Positions 56,267-64,000 of a stretch of DNA of 64,000 nt are shown here, one piece after another. The stretch comes from an uncultured bacterium. GTDB lineage: Bacteria; Planctomycetota; UBA1135; GCA-002686595. The stretch covers positions 731,345 to 795,344 of the forward strand of contig CALSNU010000004.1 in assembly GCA_943787795.1 (NCBI GenBank). The letters are read 5' to 3'. Every line of letters begins with the position of its first letter. Position 1 is the stretch's first letter. The notes under the pieces are model-generated. The model worked only from the letters and a program-made list of their open reading frames with translations, searched no databases and was not told where the DNA came from. The translations under genes were made by a program, and so were the position numbers.

Positions 56267-57814
56267 TCAACGACCGCCCTGATCCTCGCTCGCGCGGTCG
56301 TCCCCCTCTGGATTCGAGACCACCAGTGGATTGGGGCGCGGCATGCGGGCGTCCACCTCGGCCCGCCAGAGCGCGAGGCGCGCCGCCATGGCGGCCGCGC
56401 GTTCGGGCTCCAGCTGCGCCCGATCGCTGGTCTCCCCCGGGTCCTCTTCGAGGTGGTAGAGCTCCCCCTTGATCCCGTCAGGGCCGAAGCGCTCGACCCA
56501 CTTCCAGGGGCCTGCGCGCAGGGCGCCGCCGGGCGCCCCCCCCTGGTTGCCCCAGTGCGGGTAGTGCCAGAAGAGGTCCCGAGGCGGCATGGCCTCCCCC
56601 TTGCGCAGGGCAGGCAGGAGGTCGACTCCATCCATGGCGACGCCATCGGGGAGCGAGGCGCCCGTCGCGGCCGCGAGCGTTGGGAGGAAGTCCACCGATT
56701 GCACGGGCTGCTCCCACACCGTTCCCTGCCCGAGCTGTCCCGGCCAGCGGATGACGCAGGGCTCTTTGATGCCCCCCTCGTAGAGCCAGCCCTTGCCCGC
56801 CCGCAGGGGGAGGTTGCTCGTCGGGTGCCCCTCGCTCGTGGAGAGGCCGCCGTTGTCCGAGAAGAAGACCACCACGGTGTCGTCCGCAAGCTCGAGGCGC
56901 TCCAAGGCGTCGAGCACCCTCCCCGCGGCCTCGTCCATGGCCGCGACCATGGCGGCGTACACGGCGTGCTCCTGCACCAACCGAACCCGGCGCTCCCCCT
57001 CCTCGCCCCAGCGCGCCTCGAGACCGAGGCGCGCCCGCTTCGCCTTGTAGCGCTCCACGAGGTCCGGCCGCCCGACCAGGGGCGTGTGCACGGAGTAGAA
57101 GCTCAGGTAGCAGAGCCACGGCTCGTCCGCGTGCCCCTCGATGAAGGAGATCGCCTCGTCCGCGAGCCGCGCCGGGAGATGGTCCCCCTCCTTCGACGTC
57201 AGGTTGGGCATGCCAAAGGGATGGAAGTACTTGCCCGGGCCGTACGGCCCACCCCGCCTGTTTCCGGCGATGTTGACGTCGAACCCCTGGGTGGTGGGGT
57301 CAAAGCCGTCGCCGCCCAGGTGCCACTTGCCCGCGAAGAACGTCGCGTAGCCCGAGTCGCGGAGGACCTCCGCCAGGGTGACCTCGGCGTGCGGGAGGTG
57401 GTTCACGTAGGGCGCCGGGAGCATCGGGAGCTTCTGGAACCGGCCCGGCTTCTTCTGCTGGCTCTTCTGTCGAGCGGCGGCCTCGAGGATCCCCTCCGGC
57501 TGCGGCGCGCCGAAGTAGTCCGTGGTGTTCAAGCGCGCCGGGTGGCGGCCCGTCATCAGGCTGACGCGGGTCGGGCTGCAGACCGGACAGGCGGCATACG
57601 CGTTGGTGAGGCGCACACCCTGGGCCGCGAGGCGGTCGAGGGCCGGCGTGTCGTAGAAGGTGTCGGGGTTGTTGAAGCCCACATCCATCCAGCCGAGATC
57701 GTCGGCGAGCAAGACGAGGACGTTGGGCCCACGCGCATCTGCCTGGGGTCCGATCGGAAGCGAGGCGGCAGGCGCGGTGGCCGCTGCGAGGGTGAGGATC
57801 AGGGCCTGGAGCAT
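56267..57814 (-). CDS. Secreted formylglycine-dependent sulfatase (S1 family)
   Basis: PNVLVLLADDLG, CSPTRVSLMTG, GKWHLG, FFSDNGG, GKGWLYEGG; ATG 57814. Confidence 0.95.
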   Translation of the reverse strand: MLQALILTLAAATAPAASLPIGPQADARGPNVLVLLADDLGWMDVGFNNPDTFYDTPALDRLAAQGVRLTNAYAACPVCSPTRVSLMTGRHPARLNTTDYFGAPQPEGILEAAARQKSQQKKPGRFQKLPMLPAPYVNHLPHAEVTLAEVLRDSGYATFFAGKWHLGGDGFDPTTQGFDVNIAGNRRGGPYGPGKYFHPFGMPNLTSKEGDHLPARLADEAISFIEGHADEPWLCYLSFYSVHTPLVGRPDLVERYKAKRARLGLEARWGEEGERRVRLVQEHAVYAAMVAAMDEAAGRVLDALERLELADDTVVVFFSDNGGLSTSEGHPTSNLPLRAGKGWLYEGGIKEPCVIRWPGQLGQGTVWEQPVQSVDFLPTLAAATGASLPDGVAMDGVDLLPALRKGEAMPPRDLFWHYPHWGNQGGAPGGALRAGPWKWVERFGPDGIKGELYHLEEDPGETSDRAQLEPERAAAMAARLALWRAEVDARMPRPNPLVVSNPEGDDRASEDQGGR

Positions 57815-58020
57815 GGATCTCGGAGTGCCGGGGTAGAAACGGCCGAAGGCCCGGAGCGGCCTGGGGTGTCGCGAGCGCCCATACTGGGGCCAGAGAGCCA
57901 TGGCGGCGATAGATCCGCGTAAGGGCATCCCCCTAACGTGCCCATGAGTCCATAGTTCATCTATCGGACGGGGCGCCGAGGCGCCTGCCCGCTGACCACC
58001 TCCCGATCCACAAGACCACC

Positions 58021-58995
58021 ATGACCACCCTCTCGCTCCTGCCTGTTGCCCTCCCGGCGCTGGCACTCGGGGCCTCCCTGGCGCTCCCGCTCCCCGCGGC
58101 CGGCGTCGGCGACCCGCTCCCCACGCCTGAACTGGAGAAGTTCAAGCAGACCGAGGCAGAGTCCTTCGAGGACCTGTTCGGCCGCGTCGTCATCATCGAG
58201 TTCTTCGAGTACTGGTGAGGCCCCTGCCGCGGCCAGGTCTCTCACCTCAACGAGCTCAAGGAAGAGTTCGAGAGCGAGGGCCTGACCATCGTTGGCGTTG
58301 CCAGCGAGAGTGAGAGTCAGACCGACCCCTGGATCAAGGAGCACGGCGCCAAGTACGCCTACGCCTTCGACCACTCCAAGAAGCTCATGCGCGCCGTCGG
58401 CGCGAGCGGCTTCCCCTCGGCCGTCGTCGTCGATGCCCAGGGGAACATCGCCTACTCGGGGCACCCCGCGAGCATCAACGCGTCCGTCCTGAAGCCGCTC
58501 CTCAAGGGCGCGCTGAAGACGCCGATGTACGAGTGGCCCAAGTCCTGCAGCAAGGTCGCCAAGGCCCTGCGCAAGGGCAACCTGGGCGACGCCATCAAGG
58601 CCTCCGCCAAGATCGAAGAGGAGCACCCCGACATCGCCGCCGCCGTGGTCGGCATGGCCGACGGCCGCCTCGCCACCATGGAGAAGGCCGCGAAGGCGGG
58701 CGACTGGCTGAAGGTCCAATCCACCGGCGAGTCCCTCAAGGACGCCGTCAAGGTCTGGCCCGGCGGCGAGCAGGTCACCGCGATCCTCGCGGAGCTCAAG
58801 GGCGACAAGGAGGCCCAAGCGATCCTCAAGGCCCAGGAGAAGGTCGCCAAGCTGACCGCCGGCAAGGTGAAGGCCTCGCGCTACGAGAAGACCAAGAAGG
58901 AGCTCGAGAAGATCCGGGACAAGCACAAGGGCACGGCGGCCGAGCGCGACGCGCGCGCGGCCATCGAGCGGCTCAAGGCGTCCAGGCGCCGCTGA
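58021..58995 (+). CDS. Secreted TlpA/redoxin-like thioredoxin-fold protein with in-frame TGA (putative Sec, WUGPC)
   Basis: 58021..58218 and 58387..58995 share a frame; reading through TGA 58216-58218 gives IIEFFEYW-U-GPCRGQVSHLNEL...GLTIVGV...GFPSAVVVD. Confidence 0.88.
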
Positions 58996-59017
58996 GCGAC
59001 GCCTGCCCCCAAGACCG

Positions 59018-59057
59018 GACGAGCCCGGCGCCCCTCCATCGGGGCGTCGGGCTCGTC
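59018..59057 (+). terminator. Strong hairpin downstream of the redoxin gene
   Basis: GACGAGCCCGGCGCCCC-TCCATC-GGGGCGTCGGGCTCGTC between convergent genes. Confidence 0.65.
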
Positions 59058-59229
59058 GCCTTCTGTGCCGTCCTGCGGCCTCGAGGCACGGCCAAAGCCC
59101 GGCCTCGAGGAGTCACCGTGTCGCCCTGTTGCCTCCTCCATCAGGACCTCGATCCCCGGCCCCACCTGGCCCCTGCCGGCCCGAGGGGCAGAGGGCCAAA
59201 GGGGCAGAGGGCCCAAGACCGGGCATGAG

Positions 59230-61614
59230 TCAGTCCTTGAAGGGAGCCAGCCAGGCCTCGTCCACGTCAGCCTCGCTCCACCACGTCGACTCCGAGCGCT
59301 CGGTGTACCCGCCATATCCAAGCTCCTCGAGGTTCGCCGCGGCCTGCGCCGAGAGGTCCACGGCGCTGCCAAGGCCCCCCGAGGTCCCGCGGCCGAGCCA
59401 ATCGACAAGCGCCGCCCGCATGGCCTTGGCCCGCTTGGGGTGCTGATTCAGGACGTCCTCCGAGCTGTCGACCCCGTTGCGGCGGTCGAACAGCTGCACG
59501 CGGCCCTTCTCCCACGGTTCGCCGAACTTGGCCGCCTGGAAGGAGCGCAGGTCCAACGAGAGGTACCAGTCTCCCACGCTGATCCCAGCCTGCAGCCCAT
59601 GCGCCGCGATGGAATACCTGGGCTCATCCCCCGGCTCGTCCTCGACCAGCTGGATCAGGTCGCGACCCGGGAACTCCACGTCGATCTCCGCGAGGCCGAG
59701 GAGGGTCCGCCCCACGTCGATCTGCTGAACGGGTAGCTCGACTCGTCGCGCGTCGATCCCCGGTCCCGCGAGGATCATCGGCACCTGCAGGTTCGGTAGG
59801 TACAGGCCCGCGTGGTCCCACCAGACCCCCTTGGTCCCGAGGCTCTCGCCGTGGTCCGACGTGAACGCAATCCAGGCGCTCTCCATCCTCGGGAGCGCCA
59901 GCAGCCCTCGCAGGGAGGCGTCGATCCCGTCGATCTCACCGCGGTAGAGGGCGTTCACATAGTCCACGTCCGTGATCTTCTCGCGAGCGACCCAGTGGGG
60001 CACCTCGACGCCGCCGATCGCGAGCGTCCGCGAGGGGTCGCGCGGGTCGTCGCCAGCGTAGTAAGCGCTGTTCAAGCCGCCGGGCGGCTCGTAGGGCGCG
60101 TGGGCGTCGAAGAGGTGAATCCAGGCAAAGACCGGCTCGCCCCTCGCCTCCTTGATCCAGTCCTCGACGTTCTCCACGGACTCCTCTCCCCGCCGCTTGA
60201 AGTCCTCCGTGGAATTGAAGCGGTCAAACCCCTGCCCAAGACCGGATTGATTCGGGCCAAGGTGCTGCGTGCTGATGGAGGCGAAGGTCCTGTACCCGGC
60301 TCGCTGGAACGCCTCGGCGAGGGTGTCCACCTGTGATGAGAGCACCGTCGTGTTGTCCACGATCTGGTGATCCCGAGGATGGATACCCGTCATCACCGAG
60401 ATATGGGACGGGTTCGTGACGTTCGTCGTCGACTGGCAGTCAGTGAAGTAGAAGCCGCGCTCGGCGAGGGCATTCAGAGCAGGCGTGTCGACCATCGGGC
60501 GGGTGAATGCCACTCCCAGGTGGTCCGCGCGGTGCGTGTCAGAGGTGATCAAGAGGACCGTCGGAGCCGAAGCGGAGGGGCTCGTGATGACCGCGTCTCC
60601 CAGCAGAACACCCGCCACCCGGCCGGGGTCTCCACCATCGCTAACCTCCAGCTCGATCGATGCGCTGCCCTCACCCAAGGCCGTCAGGTCCACCTCGAGG
60701 TCGACCCAACGGTCCCTCGCGGCAGCAGGGACCCTCGTTTGCTCCTCCAGGCTCCCCACCGATCCGGTCGCACGAATCGTGATCGTCGGCCTATCACCAC
60801 CTCTGCGGACGGCGAAGGGCCAGTGCATCGACAGATGGACCCGTGAATCGCCGGGCGTCTGGAAGTCCGCGCGCCAAACAGACCCCTCAATCAAACCCGC
60901 AGCGGTCCGCGATTGATCCCCCGCGACCACGACGGCAGGTGAGACACCGACCTGCGGCATGGCGGCGCCCACCGGGCTCGCGAGGACGTCGAGCGCGATC
61001 ACGCCCCCGTGGGCTCCGCGCCCCTCGAACTCAAGCACCACACCTCCCATCACCTGACCCTTCCGCTCAGGCTCTGACAGCGAGAACTCGAGGACTCGCG
61101 GCTCACGTCGCCGCTCAAATTCCGACCACTCGGTCCGTTCAGCGACCGCTCCGTCCTCGCCGAGGAGCGCGACTCGGGCCCGCTCGAGGCCATCCCCGTA
61201 GCACGAGATGAACGCCGTCACGGTGGTCGCGCGGTCGCGATCGAAGGGCGCTTGGTAAGTGATCGACTTCTCGCCGGCACCCCGAACGACAAACGCTGGT
61301 AGGAAATCCTTGGGGTCCTCGCTTCGCCCCATCGGACGAACAAGAGTCACCAGGGTGCCGCCAGACCCGACCCCGGTCACCGGAGGGCTGTCCCGGTCCG
61401 TCCGCTCGATGCGGACACCGACCAACCGCTCGACCTGGCGATCTGCGGGCACGAGCTCCGAGGAGTCTTCCAGGAGCCGATACATGCTCCCTTCGCGCTC
61501 GGGCAGGGGCTGCGGCTGTCCGCAACTGGAGGCACTGACCAGGAGCGAGATGAGGGTCGCCGTGAGGAACGGCGAGGTGCAGCGTGATTCGTCGGTCTGT
61601 CGCACTTGGGTCAT
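59230..61614 (-). CDS. Lipoprotein with C-terminal sulfatase/alkaline-phosphatase-superfamily domain (TxPSH type)
   Basis: Lipobox-like SASSC; LITSDTHRADHL, VTNPSHISVMTG, HLFDAHAPY, FTSDHGESL; start uncertain. Confidence 0.8.
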   Translation of the reverse strand: MTQVRQTDESRCTSPFLTATLISLLVSASSCGQPQPLPEREGSMYRLLEDSSELVPADRQVERLVGVRIERTDRDSPPVTGVGSGGTLVTLVRPMGRSEDPKDFLPAFVVRGAGEKSITYQAPFDRDRATTVTAFISCYGDGLERARVALLGEDGAVAERTEWSEFERRREPRVLEFSLSEPERKGQVMGGVVLEFEGRGAHGGVIALDVLASPVGAAMPQVGVSPAVVVAGDQSRTAAGLIEGSVWRADFQTPGDSRVHLSMHWPFAVRRGGDRPTITIRATGSVGSLEEQTRVPAAARDRWVDLEVDLTALGEGSASIELEVSDGGDPGRVAGVLLGDAVITSPSASAPTVLLITSDTHRADHLGVAFTRPMVDTPALNALAERGFYFTDCQSTTNVTNPSHISVMTGIHPRDHQIVDNTTVLSSQVDTLAEAFQRAGYRTFASISTQHLGPNQSGLGQGFDRFNSTEDFKRRGEESVENVEDWIKEARGEPVFAWIHLFDAHAPYEPPGGLNSAYYAGDDPRDPSRTLAIGGVEVPHWVAREKITDVDYVNALYRGEIDGIDASLRGLLALPRMESAWIAFTSDHGESLGTKGVWWDHAGLYLPNLQVPMILAGPGIDARRVELPVQQIDVGRTLLGLAEIDVEFPGRDLIQLVEDEPGDEPRYSIAAHGLQAGISVGDWYLSLDLRSFQAAKFGEPWEKGRVQLFDRRNGVDSSEDVLNQHPKRAKAMRAALVDWLGRGTSGGLGSAVDLSAQAAANLEELGYGGYTERSESTWWSEADVDEAWLAPFKD

Positions 61615-61747
61615 CCGGAGTGAGGTGCTCTCGAAGGTGGCCGTGAAGTCTAACCCTGGGATCATCGACATGGTCGAGGGGTGATCTCGCCCCAGAAATG
61701 GCCGGAACCCGGGAGAGAATCTCGGCCTGAAGCGCTCGCAGCTGCCC

Positions 61748-62140
61748 TCACTCGTGGTGGAAGACCTCTTCCGCCGTGAGCCATTGCTCCCCATCCGGCG
61801 TCCCCGGCAGGGTCATCTGACAGGGCTCGGTCTCCCGCCACCAGCGCCGCGTCTCCTCGTCGTCGGCGATCCGGCTCATATCCCGCTCGAAGTCCTCACC
61901 CACGTAGCGGAAGTGGCTGAACAGCAGGAGGCGGCCGTGGACCCTGGCGAGATAGATGGAGTAGTCGCGGATGTTGGACCCCGTGATCCGGCGCAGCACG
62001 GCCTCCCAGGGGTCCGCGTGCAGCGCCCGGTAGCGCGCCTCCATCTCCGGGCGGAGCTCGATCACGAGCCCCACACGGCGGTTCCGGGACCGGGCTCCGG
62101 ATGAGTCTTCGTGGCTCCGGTCTTGATCAGGGGCGTTCAT
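61748..62140 (-). CDS. rhaM: L-rhamnose mutarotase family protein
   Basis: YRALHADPW...NIRDYSIYL...TRRWW...EEVFH. Confidence 0.85.
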   Translation of the reverse strand: MNAPDQDRSHEDSSGARSRNRRVGLVIELRPEMEARYRALHADPWEAVLRRITGSNIRDYSIYLARVHGRLLLFSHFRYVGEDFERDMSRIADDEETRRWWRETEPCQMTLPGTPDGEQWLTAEEVFHHE

Positions 62141-62390
62141 CGTGCGGACCACGATACCTGAGGAGTCACCCGGTCGATGGAGCGGAGGCTCCTCCGGAGC
62201 GGGCTGAGCCCGGAATCGAGCCGTTGGGCAAGGCCTGGCCCAGAACACGCCACCCGTGCCCGCGGGCCGCCGCTGACCCCCCGGTCCCCGACCACCGGCC
62301 GTCCACGAGCCGACCACGCAGCCGCCAGAGGACTTGGGCTTCACCCTCCGTCCTCGCCGCCAGCACGCTAGGTTAAGACAGAGCGAAACA

Positions 62391-63795
62391 ATGATCTCCA
62401 CAACACGAAAGAGCCTTCCCTGCCTGGCCCTCTTCCTGGCCGCGAGTTGCGGTCAGCCGGGTCCGATCGATCCGGGTGCGGCCTCAGGATGAGAGCTCTC
62501 TGGGGCCCCTGATCAAAGAGACCATCAGCCAGTACGTGGCCCAGGTCGAGGCGCGGCCGGCGAGCGCTGCGTCCCACGGCCGCCTCGCGCTCCTCTATGA
62601 GGCGAACGACCTCACCAACGAGGCAGCGCTGTCCTACGCCAACGCCCTGACCCTCGATCCGGACGATCCGGTCTGGAACTTCCGCCTCGGCATCGCAAGG
62701 GTCGAGATGGGAGAGATCGAGGAGGGTTCCAAGCGGCTCCTCACCGCCACAAGAGAGCTCCCCCAGAGCGCTGCCGCTCACCACCGTCTCGGATACGTCT
62801 ACATGGATCAAGGCGACGTGGAGCAGGCGCTCTCGAGCTTCCGTACCGCTGCCACGCTGGCCCCCGCAGCTGCCGCTCCGCTGGCCGAGGCCAGCGTCGG
62901 AGAGGCGCTCGTCTCCCTCGATCGCGCAGCCGAGGCGCTGGAGCCGCTTGAGCACGCGCTCGAAGTGATCCCGACCCTGAAGCCTGCGCTCTACGCCTAT
63001 GGCCTCACCCTGCAGGCGCTCGGGCGCGTCGACGAGGCAGAGGTCGCCCTCCAGGCGGGGCTCGGCGCCACGCGGACCATGATCCCGCACGCGAGCGGCG
63101 CGAGCCTGCAAGAGCTCGGAAAGGGGTACGGACAACGGAATAGCTACGCCGCCTCGCTCAGCGGTCAGGGAGAGAACGGGCGAGCCATTCGAGTCCTGAT
63201 GGACCTCCTCGAGTACTACCCTGGGGACGAGGTCACCCTGAACAACCTCGCGGGCATCTACATCGAACTCGAAGACTGGGAGAAGGCGCTGGGCCTCCTC
63301 GATGGCCTCGTGGAGTCAGGCGCCGATCGATTCGGTATCTGGATCAATCTCGCCACCGTGCAGCGGGCCCTCGGGAACTTGCCTGAGGCGCGGAGAGCGA
63401 TCGATCGCGCGGTGGCCCTCTCGCCCGATCAAAGTCTCGGGCAGTTGACGCGAGCGGAGATCTGCATGTTGCAGGGAGACACCCCCGCGGCGCGGGAGTC
63501 CGGCCTGCGCGTCTGCGAGCTTGAGCCCAGGAACGCTCAAGCGTTCCTGATGGTGGCAGAGGCGAGCGTCAAGCTCGGCCTCACCGCCGAGGCGTGCGCG
63601 GCGTTTGAGCAGGTGAACCGCCTGAACAAGCGCTTCCTCCCCTCCCGGGTCAGCGCCGCGTCCCTCTACATCTCCGTGGGCCGCCTCGCCGACGCCGAGC
63701 GGCTGATCCGAGAGGCCGAGGAGATCGACCCGAGCCAAGCACGTGTCATCCAGATCCGCTCACGCATCCAGCAGGCGAAGCGAGGTGCCCGTTGA
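62391..63795 (+). CDS. TPR lipoprotein with apparent +1 frameshift near 62474-62476
   Basis: ATG 62391 gives MISTTRKSLPCLALFLAASC lipobox, stopping at 62490-62492; the TPR body continues in the +1 frame (62476..63795). Confidence 0.75.
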
Positions 63796-63821
63796 GCGTC
63801 CACCCGTGCGCCGCATGGCCC

Positions 63822-64000
63822 ATGCCTCGCCGGCAGATGGCCACGCTCCTGCTCGCCGCCGCGACCCTCTGCGCCTGCTCAGGGGACTCGCCGACGCGCG
63901 AGACCAACGGGGCGACAGGGGACCAGGTCTGGTTCGAGGACGTAACCGCGGAGTCCGGCCTGGGCTTTGAGCACGTCGCCTACGACGAGCAGAGGTTCCG
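63822..64000 (+). CDS. CRTAC1/ASPIC-UnbV family lipoprotein, partial (runs off window)
   Basis: MPRRQMATLLLAAATLCAC...VWFEDVTAESGLGFEH, matching the N-terminus of the 17382 protein. Confidence 0.75.
   Translation, partial: MPRRQMATLLLAAATLCACSGDSPTRETNGATGDQVWFEDVTAESGLGFEHVAYDEQRF

Noticed and set aside
58021..58218. Stand-alone 65-aa ORF and separate 58387-58995 ORF
   Set aside because: Same frame, and they join into one thioredoxin-fold protein across a single TGA

Overview
High-GC bacterial chromosome segment, most consistent with a Planctomycetota genome (TPR + ASPIC/UnbV pairs, sulfatases, many secreted proteins). The taxonomy is inferred from gene content only. Housekeeping genes include pyrD, proS, ppk1, ppx and a nucleoside-catabolism set (deoB, pdp, nupC, punA, rpiB, deoC). 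Three things stand out. (1) A ~16 kb minus-strand operon encodes 11 tandem secreted amidohydrolase-fold paralogues (12 barrel domains). Four adjacent genes keep all metal ligands, while the other 8 domains have lost most or all of them, suggesting a periplasmic enzyme/pseudo-enzyme complex. (2) An in-frame TGA in a W-U-G-P-C thioredoxin motif hides a 324-aa secreted TlpA-like selenoprotein candidate that the ORF track splits in two. (3) RpiB and DeoC carry N-terminal extensions resembling microcompartment encapsulation peptides next to a full nucleoside salvage operon, but no shell genes are in the window. Two apparent 1-bp frameshifts (rpiB N-terminus, second TPR lipoprotein) may be assembly errors. 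No rRNA, tRNA, CRISPR array or mobile element was recognised. Family calls come from motif recognition by eye, not database searches.
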